A stretch of 64,000 bases of DNA, from the NCBI GenBank assembly GCA_963662265.2, contig CAXXHA010000029.1:64001-128000 (forward strand), read 5' to 3'. This document shows, one piece after another, positions 38,608 through 49,765 of the stretch. The notes under the pieces were generated by a model. It searched no databases and was not told the origin of the DNA. It saw nothing but the letters and a program-made list of their open reading frames with translations. The translations under genes and the position numbers were made by a program. Every line of letters starts with the position of its first letter. Within the stretch, counting starts at the first letter, position 1. The stretch is from Spirochaetia bacterium. Lineage in GTDB: Bacteria; Spirochaetota; Spirochaetia; CADAEX01.

Positions 38608-40218
38608 ATGGGTGGAGATAGTATATCAAATTCTGTCAACAGAGTTTTCAAAGTAATCGGTCTGATTTTTATATTCGGAGGAATTTACACCGGTATTTTT
38701 GAGATATCAAACATACCGGATGTAATATCTGTTTCAGGAACTGTCAATAAAATCTCTGTAAAACGGCAGAGGCCGCTGGGATTTGAGAATATTCCTGTTG
38801 AAACAGATAATCCTGAATATGATGACTTCCCTTTATACATAAGAACGACTCTTTCAGTTACATATGAATATGACAGAAAAAAATACAGCAGCAATGTTTT
38901 TCTTGATGGAGAAAGCGGAAATATTAATAAAGGGATGGAAATCCCGCTTTTCATAATATCGGAAGAACCGGATATCCCTTATATAAATGAACCTGTAAAT
39001 ACCAAAAAGGAACTTCAGAACAGTATAATTATCATGTCGGCAATGTCTTTGATGGGGCTTGCTCTTTTTCTTGTTTCATTCTTCTCTGTCAGAAGCGCTT
39101 TAAATAATCAAAGAAAGGAAATTGAAACTCTTAAAGAAAAAATAGAAAGAATCCATTTAGAGAGGGAGAAAGGGACAGATATAATTACCAGAAACAAATC
39201 AGGCGGTAGTATCCTGATTGGAATAATAATGACACTGCTTGGTGCTGTACTGACTTTATCCATGGCAAACATGCTATTTTTTGAAAACGGTTTTAGCCTG
39301 GAGATGAAATTTGAGTTTTTCCCTTTTATTCTGGGTATAGGACTTTTATACATAGGACTATGTGAATTTAATAAAAATATAATAATTATCTATTCAGACA
39401 GGGTTTTTATAGAAAAGAGAAATATCATATCACGCAGTAGGGTTGAAGTTGATATGAATGAATTTCTCGGTATTGGGGAATATATTACAGCAACAGTACG
39501 GGAAAGCAGGGTGAAACGGGAAATATATCATGAACATTATCTTTATCATGAGAATACTGATATTTCCGGAATTGTATTTGCAAAGCTTCCTGATAACGAT
39601 GACTACAGGGGTAAAATAAATAAAATCAGCGAAATACTTAAAATGCCTCTTGTTCTTTTTGATAACGATGAAATCAAACTGGATTATCCTGACAGCATGA
39701 AACAATATGATGATGTAAAAAAGGAGATAGAAGACCCTTTCAAAAGAAGTTATGCAAGCCAGCGTGATTTCAGGTCAAAATACCTGAAAATACTATATGG
39801 TCAGAAAGACTTTGCTGTTGAAAGAAGTTATAAGACAGCAATTCTCTGGGGATTGGGAGTATTTGCAACAGGAGCTGCTTTATCAATTTTAAGCAGATCT
39901 GCGGTTATCATGCTGCCGCTGGGTATGATAGGTGCAATATTTACAGGAATCGGGCTTAAGAGGGATCTTCTTTATATAACAGAAGGGGAGATTGTGCTTG
40001 AACTTTATTTTGCAGGAAGAATATACAGCAGGAAAAAAATAATGCTGGGAAGAATAGAGAATATTATTTCAGGTTCAGATATAAGAAGAAATATGGCGGA
40101 TTCTCTTCAGATTTTATCAGACAGCGATGAAATACTTTTCGGGCAGGCATTAAAGCATGAAGAACTTGAGTGGATTAAAGACAAGATACTGGAGTATGTT
40201 CATAAATACAGAAATTGA
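38608..40218 (+). CDS. Multi-TM hypothetical membrane protein (DUF3592-like N-terminus, repeated TM-hairpin modules)
   Basis: TM-(VSGTV..V.YEY..Y)-TM module followed by two TM-pair plus beta-rich modules. Confidence 0.7.
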   Translation: MGGDSISNSVNRVFKVIGLIFIFGGIYTGIFEISNIPDVISVSGTVNKISVKRQRPLGFENIPVETDNPEYDDFPLYIRTTLSVTYEYDRKKYSSNVFLDGESGNINKGMEIPLFIISEEPDIPYINEPVNTKKELQNSIIIMSAMSLMGLALFLVSFFSVRSALNNQRKEIETLKEKIERIHLEREKGTDIITRNKSGGSILIGIIMTLLGAVLTLSMANMLFFENGFSLEMKFEFFPFILGIGLLYIGLCEFNKNIIIIYSDRVFIEKRNIISRSRVEVDMNEFLGIGEYITATVRESRVKREIYHEHYLYHENTDISGIVFAKLPDNDDYRGKINKISEILKMPLVLFDNDEIKLDYPDSMKQYDDVKKEIEDPFKRSYASQRDFRSKYLKILYGQKDFAVERSYKTAILWGLGVFATGAALSILSRSAVIMLPLGMIGAIFTGIGLKRDLLYITEGEIVLELYFAGRIYSRKKIMLGRIENIISGSDIRRNMADSLQILSDSDEILFGQALKHEELEWIKDKILEYVHKYRN

Positions 40219-40409
40219 AGTATTGGAGATAATAGATTTATTGTCTCTGGGGAAGGTATAATATACAGATAAAAACATGAAAAAACTTGAAAAAATTGCT
40301 TAATTGACTGATCCGGATATAGAAATTTTAGCTTATTCTATGTATTTTATTTGCTGTTCAGAAAACATAATCGATAAAGAAGAAGCGAATAAGAAAGAAG
40401 GAGAAGGAC

Positions 40410-40877
40410 ATGAAACGGGTTACAGCTGTCATGATATTGATAGTCGTAATATTACCGCTGTGGGCAGAGGATTTTGGCAAACCGATGGAAAGGTATGCAA
40501 TTTCAAGTGAATTCGGCTACAGGAAGAATCCTATGGGAGGTCTTGAAGGAGATATGAGACTTCATAAGGGTGTGGATCTTGTAGGACCCTATAATTCACC
40601 TATAAAAGCCGTAAAATCAGGTGTGGTTGTTGAACACTGGCCAGCACCTAACGGATATTTTAAAGGCCATCCGGTATACGGGGGTCTTGTAGTAATTGAA
40701 CATTCAGAAGGCTTTTTTACTCTATACGCACATTTTAAAGATACATTTGTCAAAGAGGGGCAGAGAGTGAAAAAGGGGGATATACTCGGGATACAGGGTG
40801 CTACCGGTATGGCTACAGGAGATCACCTCCACTTTGAAGTCATTACAAACCCTCTTGATTTTGTCGAAAAAAAATAG
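40410..40877 (+). CDS. Minimal exported M23 peptidase
   Basis: Signal peptide; HKGVD; TGDHLHFEV; SD AAGGAG. Confidence 0.9.
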   Translation: MKRVTAVMILIVVILPLWAEDFGKPMERYAISSEFGYRKNPMGGLEGDMRLHKGVDLVGPYNSPIKAVKSGVVVEHWPAPNGYFKGHPVYGGLVVIEHSEGFFTLYAHFKDTFVKEGQRVKKGDILGIQGATGMATGDHLHFEVITNPLDFVEKK

Positions 40878-40975
40878 CTGTCTATTCAATAATACATTTG
40901 TATAAAAACAGAAATAATATTTGAAAAACTTGAGCAGTGGTATATTTGATCAGAAATAATTTTTGTTAAAATAAG

Positions 40976-41015
40976 AAAGGGGCTTTCCAGTTACTGATTG
41001 GAAAGCCCCTTTTTT
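40976..41015. terminator. Terminator between convergent genes
   Basis: 14-bp stem AAAGGGGCTTTCCA/TGGAAAGCCCCTTT plus T run. Confidence 0.85.
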
Positions 41016-41019
41016 ATAT

Positions 41020-42942
41020 TTATTCAAGAGAATCAAGAGTCTGAAAAACCTGGTTCACATTATCCATCAGGTATTCAGCCTTGGCCGAATGTTCACTCAT
41101 TTGAAATTCTGTTTCTTTTGAATTCTGTACAAGACTGTTTATTGTTTCGTTTATTGAGCTGCTTATATCATTTGCCTTCATCTGCATTGAATTGATGAGT
41201 TCGACTTTATCTTTTAAATCAGTCATAAGGCTGATAATTTCCGTAACGGAATTTTTACTTTCCTTTACATTATATTCAGTTTTGTCTGCAAGTTTTTTAA
41301 CTTCACGGGCAATTACGGAAAATCCTTTTCCTGCAGATCCTGCCCTGGCAGCTTCGATTGACGCGTTGAAGCCGAGAAGATTTATCTGGGCTGCAATATT
41401 AACTATATCAAAAAGTATTTTTTCGATGGAATCTGCACTGCTTCTCAGTTTTTCAAGTTCCTTTGTTATTAAATGACTTTTATTTTTTGAATCATCTATG
41501 CTCTGGTGCAGGTTGATAAAATCGTCATTTATCTGATTGAGTTTGTTGTCATTTTTCTGTGCATTTATTGAAGAGGCTGAAACAAATTTTGTAAGGCTTC
41601 TTATACTGTCCATGCTGTCTATCCAGAGTTTGTCTTTTATTTTATTTATCTGGATAACCTGGTTTATGGAACGCTTAAGAAAAAACTCTTTGAAAGCTGA
41701 ATATTTCTGAATAAAACTGTCAATATATTCATCCCTGAAATTGTTATCAGGCTTAACTTCGTAAAACATCAGTGCTGTAAGAGTCTGGTTTATATTGACT
41801 CCGAGAAGCTCTCCGAATGTGGAAAAACCTGATACCGGAATTTTACTGAAAGTATTTACTCTTGAAAGGCTGCTGCTGTTGAAAAGGCGCCTTAATATAC
41901 AGTCATTGAAGAGCCCCCCCAGCAGAACACCGTCTTTGTTCCTGGAAAAATCTTCAAAATCTCTTTCAATGGAATTTACAAAATCTGTATGCTTTACAAG
42001 AACAAGTTCATCTCCGAAGAAAATATCACAGTAAAAATGTATTTTTCTTTCTTTGAAATCTATATCTGATATTGAACGGACATAAATATCATTGTTGATT
42101 TTAATTGCAAAACTGAAATCATTCAGTTTATTGAGGAGTTCTCCTTCCATGCAGTTGAAATATTGACATAATTCTTTTATTGCATCTGTAATTTCACCTG
42201 TTTTATTATTGATAATGCTTTTAATATAACGCTGAGCAGGATTAGCATGCGCAACTGTAATTTTATATGGTGTTTCCTCGAAATTCTGAGATTTTAATAC
42301 ACCCAGCCTGATATTGTCCTGAAAATTTATAAGTGTTACTACAGCCTTATTCTGGACAGTTTTTTCATTGTTGAAAATATAGGTGTTCTGGAAATCCAGT
42401 TTTCCCCCTGCAGAACCACCTATTGTAAGGCATGGTATTTTTTCAGAATTATACAGAGCTTCCATATAGAAACTTTCACTTCTCGAAAGGCCGTCTATGA
42501 GTGTATATGCGACACAGTGCCTGTAGTCAAGGCTGAAGGAAGGATTGAATGTTTTAAATTCTTTTTCTATTAAAGGTATTCTCCTGTCAGGAGGAAGATC
42601 AGGATCAAAAAGATCAATTGTATGTATATCTGTGTCTTTTATTATTTTATCAGTAAAACACTGAAGTACTATTGTTTTCCTGTTTTCATCTGCAACGTGA
42701 TAAAGTTTTAAAGGTTCAGACCTGTTAAAGCTGCATAGCTCTCCTGCTGTTGATGTGAGTATTATTTTACTGCTGCCGGCCAGTGTTTTAAGTTTATAGG
42801 CCGTATCTGAGAAATCAAGATCAGGAGATAAAAATCCTATTACAAGCTTTACATTATCCGGAATAATACTGTTTGCTGTATCCGAATTTAAATCATCTAG
42901 ATTAAGCTTAATGTTGATAATGTGGGAATTCTGATTATCCAT
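41020..42942 (-). CDS. Soluble chemoreceptor: FIST_N/FIST_C plus MCP signalling domain
   Basis: STAGEL, IDGLS, GGSAGG, DCILRR, GFSTFGE...NQTLT (FIST); QINLLGFNASIEAARAG (MCP); no TM. Confidence 0.9.
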   Translation of the reverse strand: MDNQNSHIINIKLNLDDLNSDTANSIIPDNVKLVIGFLSPDLDFSDTAYKLKTLAGSSKIILTSTAGELCSFNRSEPLKLYHVADENRKTIVLQCFTDKIIKDTDIHTIDLFDPDLPPDRRIPLIEKEFKTFNPSFSLDYRHCVAYTLIDGLSRSESFYMEALYNSEKIPCLTIGGSAGGKLDFQNTYIFNNEKTVQNKAVVTLINFQDNIRLGVLKSQNFEETPYKITVAHANPAQRYIKSIINNKTGEITDAIKELCQYFNCMEGELLNKLNDFSFAIKINNDIYVRSISDIDFKERKIHFYCDIFFGDELVLVKHTDFVNSIERDFEDFSRNKDGVLLGGLFNDCILRRLFNSSSLSRVNTFSKIPVSGFSTFGELLGVNINQTLTALMFYEVKPDNNFRDEYIDSFIQKYSAFKEFFLKRSINQVIQINKIKDKLWIDSMDSIRSLTKFVSASSINAQKNDNKLNQINDDFINLHQSIDDSKNKSHLITKELEKLRSSADSIEKILFDIVNIAAQINLLGFNASIEAARAGSAGKGFSVIAREVKKLADKTEYNVKESKNSVTEIISLMTDLKDKVELINSMQMKANDISSSINETINSLVQNSKETEFQMSEHSAKAEYLMDNVNQVFQTLDSLE

Positions 42943-43139
42943 AATAAAACCTTTTTAAGTACAAAAATTATATCACAGCAGTTTTATTTCAGCAGCCGCA
43001 AATATAGTCTAAATATCGATTCAAAATAATGTCATAAAATAATGGTTTAATATTCAACAACATAAATAAACCTGAGATTATAACAATACTATACAATATA
43101 GATAAAATACAGTTTTTTTTGAAAGAAAGTTATGGGAAA

Positions 43140-45107
43140 TCAGCTAAGCTGTTTGATTACATCTTTTCTTGTTTTTTCTATTAAATCCCTGTCTTTGAAT
43201 ATATCTGCAATTTTAAAATCAAGAAAACCTGTCTGCCTTGTTCCTGTGACTTCACCTGGACCTCTAAGCTTTAAATCCTCTTCAGCAATAATGAAACCGT
43301 CATTGTTTTCTTTTATGATTTTAAGTCTTCTCGCAGATATTTCTGAAAGATTCCTGTCAAAAACCAGAAATGCGTACGATTTGTAAGTACTTCTTCCGAT
43401 TCTCCCCCTGAGCTGATGAAGTGATGAAAGGCCGAAACGTTCTGCATGTTCTATGACCATGCAGGTAGCTTTTTTGACATCAACACCAACCTCGACAACA
43501 CTGGTTGCTACCAGGACTTTTATCTCTCCACAGGAAAAAAGCTCCATTGTTTTTTCCTTTTCATCTTCAGGGATACGGGAATGGATAAGTGCGCATCTGT
43601 ATTGAGGAAAAATATTTTCAGATATATCTCTGTACATGGTTTCAGCATCCTTGAGATCAAGTTTTTCAGATTCCCCGATAAGAGGATAAACAAAATATGC
43701 CTGGAACCCCGAATCAAGTTCGTTTTTCACGAAATCATATACCTTGTACATGTTTTCACTGTAAGCGCTGTGTGTTTTTACAGGGACACGGCCGGACGGC
43801 ATTGTCCTGATAGTCGAAATATCCATGTCACCCATTATTGTTATTTCAAGAGTTCTGGGGATGGGGGTGGCACTCATCATTATTGTATCAATATTCCTGC
43901 CCTTTCTGAAAAGCCTTTCCCTCTGCTTAACACCGAATTTATGTTCCTCGTCGACAATAGCAAGGGCCAGGTTTTTGAATTTTACAGGAGAGGAGAGAAG
44001 TGCATGGGTACCGATTATTAAATTAACCTCTCCCGTTTCCAGTGATTCCAGCAGAAGCTTTCTTTTTCCTGCAGGTATTTTCCCGCTGAGGAAAGCTATG
44101 TTAATCCCTGTACCTTCAAAAAGCCTTGCAGCATTCATACTGTGCTGTTTTGCAAGAAGCTCGGTTGGTGCCATGAATGCAGCCTGGTAACCTGATTCAA
44201 TATAGGGGAGTGCTGCAAGGAGCCCTGCGAGAGTCTTACCGCAGCCAGTGTCCCCCTGTATTATTCTTGACATGCAGGTGTCAGATATTGAGTCTTTATA
44301 AATTTCCTCTATGACATTTACCTGATCTTCAGTCAGTTTGAAGGGGAGGGAATCTGTAATTTTTTTCTGAAGTTCCCGGGGCAGTTTCCTTGGTTTTCTC
44401 TTAGTTTTTTCCCTTTGAAGCCTGTTTTTTATAACAGATTCCTGAAAGATGTAAAGCTCCTCATACTTAAGAGTTTTTAGAGCTTTATCAAGAATCTCTT
44501 CAGATTCAGGGAAATGGATATTTAAAATTGCTTCATTCTTATCAAGAAGATTGTTTTCCTTTATAAGGCTGGAAGGAAGATAATTGCTGCTGTATTTCCC
44601 GTATATTTCAAGTGCTGATGCAGCAGCTTTTCTCATGAAATTCTGCGAGAGGTTTGAAGTGAGCGGATAAACAGGAAGAATGGTGTTGAATTTGGAAGGT
44701 TTCTGCGAAAAAGGTTCATAATCGAAATTTGAGCTCTGTATTTCGTTGTACCTGACAGTAAATGTTCCGTGAACAAAGAATTTTTTCCCGATAAGGAGGG
44801 AGTTTGAAAGAAAACTTCTTCCGAAGCAGATCAGATATGCTGTTGCGCTCTGGTCTTTTATTTCAACTTTCAGAGTCCTGTTTTTACCGAAACCGAAATA
44901 CTGATGATCAGTTACTTCACATACAGTGTTCAGTTCGAGTACTTGGTTTTCTGATAGTACAACCTCTTTAAGATGTGTAAACCTGTTTCTGAATTCATAT
45001 TTCCTGGGATAGTAGGAGAGAATATCTTCTGCAGAAGTTATTCCTGCTTCTTTCAGGTTTCTGGCAGAAGCAGGACCAATCCCTTTAAGGTTTTTTAAAG
45101 AGGACAT
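43140..45107 (-). CDS. recG: ATP-dependent DNA helicase RecG
   Basis: QGDTGCGKT, MAPTELLA.QH, DEEHKFG, SATPIPRTL, HAERFGLSSLHQLRGR, DLKLRGPGE. Confidence 0.97.
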   Translation of the reverse strand: MSSLKNLKGIGPASARNLKEAGITSAEDILSYYPRKYEFRNRFTHLKEVVLSENQVLELNTVCEVTDHQYFGFGKNRTLKVEIKDQSATAYLICFGRSFLSNSLLIGKKFFVHGTFTVRYNEIQSSNFDYEPFSQKPSKFNTILPVYPLTSNLSQNFMRKAAASALEIYGKYSSNYLPSSLIKENNLLDKNEAILNIHFPESEEILDKALKTLKYEELYIFQESVIKNRLQREKTKRKPRKLPRELQKKITDSLPFKLTEDQVNVIEEIYKDSISDTCMSRIIQGDTGCGKTLAGLLAALPYIESGYQAAFMAPTELLAKQHSMNAARLFEGTGINIAFLSGKIPAGKRKLLLESLETGEVNLIIGTHALLSSPVKFKNLALAIVDEEHKFGVKQRERLFRKGRNIDTIMMSATPIPRTLEITIMGDMDISTIRTMPSGRVPVKTHSAYSENMYKVYDFVKNELDSGFQAYFVYPLIGESEKLDLKDAETMYRDISENIFPQYRCALIHSRIPEDEKEKTMELFSCGEIKVLVATSVVEVGVDVKKATCMVIEHAERFGLSSLHQLRGRIGRSTYKSYAFLVFDRNLSEISARRLKIIKENNDGFIIAEEDLKLRGPGEVTGTRQTGFLDFKIADIFKDRDLIEKTRKDVIKQLS

Positions 45108-45115
45108 TTATTTAA

Positions 45116-45703
45116 CTAGAAAGGGAGCTTTGGAAGATATTCGATTATATATTTCATAATAAAGCTTCCTGCAAGTTTTACAGCTATCATTTCCGCGCAT
45201 AATATCATTAAGTTTGTCTGGTAGCCTGTCGCTGCATTTTTTACAAAGAGGGCAGCTGCCTTTGATGCCAGGGGCACAAGAATGGAATCAAGGCCGCTTG
45301 CAAACGGAGAAAAAGTATTTGTGCTTACAAGAAGCATTATAAGCCTGATAAAAATGAATATAATGAAAAAAGTAAGAAGTGATGAGAAAGCATGCCAGAC
45401 TGATGACAGGATAACACCAAGTATGATGCCCACTGTAATTCTGCCGTAGCTTCCTATCATGTTGAGAATATTGCTTGCTATTACAAGAACTGTAATTGCG
45501 ACAATTGGTGAAAAATCCACCTGCCCGAGTCTCAGATTCAGTTTTCTGAAATAATTCAGATAAGGATCGCAGACTTTTGCCAGAAAATTCCTGGGATCAT
45601 TTGCATATTGTGTTGAAAACCAGGTCATGACAATTCTTATTATGATAAGAAGCATATAAATTGAAATTGTTCCGCTCAGAAGATCTGTAATGTTTTTAGC
45701 CAT
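45116..45703 (-). CDS. YggT family membrane protein
   Basis: DPYL..FR, DFSPIVA; two YGGT repeats; between dnaE and recG. Confidence 0.9.
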   Translation of the reverse strand: MAKNITDLLSGTISIYMLLIIIRIVMTWFSTQYANDPRNFLAKVCDPYLNYFRKLNLRLGQVDFSPIVAITVLVIASNILNMIGSYGRITVGIILGVILSSVWHAFSSLLTFFIIFIFIRLIMLLVSTNTFSPFASGLDSILVPLASKAAALFVKNAATGYQTNLMILCAEMIAVKLAGSFIMKYIIEYLPKLPF

Positions 45704-45724
45704 TATTTACCTCATATTTATTAT

Positions 45725-48700
45725 TTATTCTTTCCATACAGAGCTTATAAAATTGTATTTCTGCTCTGCTGCTCTGATAACTTCATCAGAAGATGAAAGG
45801 TTAAGCTGTGTAGGTGTTCTAAGGACAGTTATTTTTTTACCCTCTTTGACATGTATAAATGTTGTGCAGGGGCCTGAATTCTCAAGCAGAAAAGATTTGA
45901 ACGAATCAAGGTTTTCCTGATTAAAGCTGCCGTCGAAGGCAAAATGTACTTCCTTGAAAGTTGCTTCCTTCATATCATCCGGGTTTATAACATCTTCACA
46001 AAGAAGTTTAGGTTCATGACTTCTCTTGTCAGCTTTTACAGTGAAGCCAAGCACCTTGTCCTCTTCCAGAAGATATCTGAACCTTGACCAGGTATGGGAA
46101 AAAAATACTACAGTGATTTCACCCTCGAAAGTTTCAATAACTATGGTACCCATCTGTTTGCCGGCTTTTGTAGTAAATTCCCTGATTGTTTTTATCGCCC
46201 CCAGAACAGTATATTTCTTATCTGCCGATGCTTTTTCAAATTCATTGACTTTAAGAGTAACACATCTGTCGCATATTTTCTTATAGTTTTTTAAGGGATG
46301 ACCTGAAAAATAGAAGCCGAGGTTTTCCTTCTCGAAATTGAGAAGTTCCTTTTCCGGCCACTCAGGAACATGTTCAAGTTCAACCTCCGGAAGTTCCTCG
46401 TTGTTTTCCCCCCCGAAAAGGGAAGTCTGTCCGAATTTCCTGCTCTCCTGTTCCCTTGATGCGCTTTCCACCAGTAGATCAAGGTTGTGAAAAAGGAGTG
46501 CTCTTCCAGGCTCGATACTGTCAAAAAGTCCTGATTTAATCAGTGTTTCAAGAACTTTTTTATTCACCACTCTAAGGTCTGATCTGTCCAGAAGGTCTTT
46601 GAGATTTTTAAAGTCTCCACCCTCATTTTTTTCCCTTACTATTTCATCTACAGCAGCCGAACCCACATTTTTTATACCTATAAGACCGTAGACAATTCTG
46701 CCCTCTGAAACAGTAAAATATTTTTCAGAAAGGTTTATATCTGGCGGAAGCATCTCTATTCCCATCTGCTTTGCTTCCGCTATATATTCTGCCATTTTCT
46801 CTGTATCCCTGATCTCATTTGTCAGGTTGGCAGCCATAAATTCTGCAGGGTAGTTGGCTTTCAGGTATGCAGTCTGGTATGCAAGTACAGAATATGCTGC
46901 TGCATGCGATTTATTGAAACCGTAGCCTGCAAACGGCTCAAGCATGTCAAAGATATCAGATGCATGTTTTTCATTATATCCCTTTTCAACAGCACCTTTC
47001 AGGAATTCGATTTTCATCTTTTCCATTTCCTTGACTTTTTTCTTACCCATTGCACGCCTCAGGATATCTGCTTTACCGAGTGAAAATCCCCCGATAATCT
47101 GGGCAACTTTCATTACCTGTTCCTGGTATACAATGACTCCGTATGTAGGTTTAAGAACTTCTTCAAGTGATGGGTCCGGATATTTGATTTTTGACGGATC
47201 TTTCTTTGATTCAATAAACTGGGGAATATTTGCCATCGGGCCCGGTCTGTAGAGTGCATTCAATGCAATGAGGTCCTCAATACTTTCAGGCTGGGCATCT
47301 TTCAGGATTTTCTGCATACCTGCACTTTCAAACTGGAATATACAGGCGCTTTTTCCCTCTCCCAGCATCTTGAATGTCGCTTCATCATCTTCAGGGATTT
47401 TTGAAATATCAAAATCTATTCCCCGTTTTTTAATCAGGTTTTCTGTATTTTTGATAAGGGTCAGAGTCTTCAGTCCCAGAAAGTCCATCTTGACAAGGCC
47501 GCAGTCTTCGAGAAGGTCCATTGTAAACTGTGTTGATACAGCACCTGTCTTGGGATCCTTGTAGAGGGGAACATACTTTGTAAGCTCTTCCTTACCTATT
47601 ACAATACCTGCCGCATGAAGGGATGAGTGCCTGTTGAGGCCTTCAAGATATTTTGAAATAGTTATCAGCTTCTCATAGACTCCGCCTCTCTGAATAATCT
47701 TCTGAAGCTCCTCTTCCTGTTCTATAGCATCCTTGAGCTTCTTAACGTCAGGGGGAACCATTTTCGTTATTGCATTTGATTCATCAAAAGGAATATCAAG
47801 AACCCTTGCAACATCCTTCAGTACAGCCTTTGTCTTCAATGTACCGAATGTTATAATCTGGCCGACACGCTCTGAGCCGTATTTACGTGTTACATAATCA
47901 ATGACTTCCTGTCTTCTTTCGAAGCAGAAGTCGATATCAAAGTCAGGCATGCTGACTCTTTCTGGATTCAGGAATCTCTCGAAAAGAAGATCATATTTGA
48001 ACGGATCAATATCTGTGATAGTCATGGCATAGGCTATAAGAGATCCTGCACCTGAACCTCTTCCCGGTCCTACCGGTATATCATGTTCTTTTGCCCAGTG
48101 GATAAAGTCCCATACAATAAGGAAATACCCTGTGAATCCCATTGAAATAATAATATCAAGTTCGAATTCAGCCCGCTTTTCTATTTTCCCGGTTATTTCA
48201 CCGTACCTGTCCTTGAGACCTTCATAGGTGATATGCCTGAGGTATTCATCCGGATCTGCAAACTGCTCAGGAATGTCGAAATCGGGAAGAAGGGGCCCCG
48301 GAAGCTCAATTTCAAGTTCACAAAGCTCTGCAACCCTGTTGGTATTTTCAATTGCCTCCGGTACATGGCTGAAAATTGACATCATTGTGTCGGGATCTTT
48401 CATGTAAAACTCTTTCTTATCAAAGACTAGCCGTCCTGAATCTGTGAGTTTTTTCTGAGTACCGATACATATCAGTATTTCCTGTGCTTCAGCTTCCTCT
48501 TTTGTAATGTAATGAATATCATTTGTGGCAATTAGAGGAATTCCTGTTTTTTCTGATATTCTTATAAGCCCCTCATTTGCTATTTTCTGCTCAGGAATAC
48601 CGTGGTCCTGAAGTTCCAGGTAGTAATGGTCTTTTCCGAAAAGCTCCTGGTATTCGAGAGCTTTTTTCTCAGCCTCATCCTCCTTGCCCTGAATAACAAG

Positions 48701-49138
48701 CTGGGGAATAAGCCCTGCAATACATGCTGATGAACAGATAAGTCCCTCTGAATGCTTCTTCATTGTATCGAAGTCGATTCTGGGTTTGTAGTAGAAACCG
48801 TCTGTAAATGCAATTGAAGCAAGCTTCATGAGGTTTGAATAGCCGGTACTGTTTTTAGCTATGAGAATCAGGTGATGGTATTTGTTTCCTTTTTCATTGC
48901 CGCTTTTTACAAGCATGGAACCGGGCGCAACATAGAATTCACATCCTATAATAGGTTTAATACCTTTCTTTTTGCATTCCATATAGAAACGGAGTACACC
49001 GAACATGTTGCCGTGGTCTGTTATAGCAAGAGCTTTCATTCCCTGCTCGACAGCAGTATCCACAAGTCTTGGAATGTTTGCCGCGCCGTCGAGTAATGAA
49101 AAGTCTGTATGATTGTGTAGATGAACGAAATCTGTCAT
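45725..49138 (-). CDS. dnaE: DNA polymerase III alpha subunit
   Basis: FVHLHNHT..SLLDG, GRGSGAGS, RVSMPDFDIDF, YGFNKSHAAAY. Confidence 0.99.
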   Translation of the reverse strand: MTDFVHLHNHTDFSLLDGAANIPRLVDTAVEQGMKALAITDHGNMFGVLRFYMECKKKGIKPIIGCEFYVAPGSMLVKSGNEKGNKYHHLILIAKNSTGYSNLMKLASIAFTDGFYYKPRIDFDTMKKHSEGLICSSACIAGLIPQLVIQGKEDEAEKKALEYQELFGKDHYYLELQDHGIPEQKIANEGLIRISEKTGIPLIATNDIHYITKEEAEAQEILICIGTQKKLTDSGRLVFDKKEFYMKDPDTMMSIFSHVPEAIENTNRVAELCELEIELPGPLLPDFDIPEQFADPDEYLRHITYEGLKDRYGEITGKIEKRAEFELDIIISMGFTGYFLIVWDFIHWAKEHDIPVGPGRGSGAGSLIAYAMTITDIDPFKYDLLFERFLNPERVSMPDFDIDFCFERRQEVIDYVTRKYGSERVGQIITFGTLKTKAVLKDVARVLDIPFDESNAITKMVPPDVKKLKDAIEQEEELQKIIQRGGVYEKLITISKYLEGLNRHSSLHAAGIVIGKEELTKYVPLYKDPKTGAVSTQFTMDLLEDCGLVKMDFLGLKTLTLIKNTENLIKKRGIDFDISKIPEDDEATFKMLGEGKSACIFQFESAGMQKILKDAQPESIEDLIALNALYRPGPMANIPQFIESKKDPSKIKYPDPSLEEVLKPTYGVIVYQEQVMKVAQIIGGFSLGKADILRRAMGKKKVKEMEKMKIEFLKGAVEKGYNEKHASDIFDMLEPFAGYGFNKSHAAAYSVLAYQTAYLKANYPAEFMAANLTNEIRDTEKMAEYIAEAKQMGIEMLPPDINLSEKYFTVSEGRIVYGLIGIKNVGSAAVDEIVREKNEGGDFKNLKDLLDRSDLRVVNKKVLETLIKSGLFDSIEPGRALLFHNLDLLVESASREQESRKFGQTSLFGGENNEELPEVELEHVPEWPEKELLNFEKENLGFYFSGHPLKNYKKICDRCVTLKVNEFEKASADKKYTVLGAIKTIREFTTKAGKQMGTIVIETFEGEITVVFFSHTWSRFRYLLEEDKVLGFTVKADKRSHEPKLLCEDVINPDDMKEATFKEVHFAFDGSFNQENLDSFKSFLLENSGPCTTFIHVKEGKKITVLRTPTQLNLSSSDEVIRAAEQKYNFISSVWKE

Positions 49139-49420
49139 TGTTTTCCTTTTAATACTGATTAAATATAACTTATTTCAAATATACTTGTAAACTGATTTCC
49201 TGCATTTGAATGTCTGATATGGAACCTTAATGCTGAAAACATTTTAAAGCTGATTGATATGCTTTTGGTTAAACATTGAAATACCTGTAAAGTATTAACT
49301 GCTTGTTAAATCTTTTTCCTGCTGGTATTATTAAATATTTGATACAGAGATAAAAAAACTTGCCAATTATTTATACAGCAGACTGGTAATTCAGTGCTGC
49401 ACTGTATTACAGGAGAAAAA

Positions 49421-49765
49421 ATGCTTCAGCTTATCGGACGACAGAAATGTAAAAATACAAAAAAAGCGGAAAGATTCCTCAAGGAAAGAAATATAGATTT
49501 CCACTTTCTTGATTTAAACAGGAAGGAGCTTTCCGCTGGTGAACTCAGAAATATATGCAGATTTATCGATCCTGAAGATCTTATTAACAAGGAATCGCCG
49601 GAATACAGGAAAAAAGGGTATGAATACATGGAGTATGATGCTTCAGAAGAGATTCTTGAGAACCAGAAGCTTATCAGGACACCTGTTTTAAGAACAGATT
49701 TCGGAGCATTTGCAGGATTTTCAGAGAGTGAATATAAAAAAATAGCAGAAAAGGTTAAAAAATGA
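49421..49765 (+). CDS. ArsC/Spx/YffB family protein
   Basis: CKNTKKAERFLKE, LIRTPVLR; SD AGGAG before ATG 49421. Confidence 0.88.
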   Translation: MLQLIGRQKCKNTKKAERFLKERNIDFHFLDLNRKELSAGELRNICRFIDPEDLINKESPEYRKKGYEYMEYDASEEILENQKLIRTPVLRTDFGAFAGFSESEYKKIAEKVKK

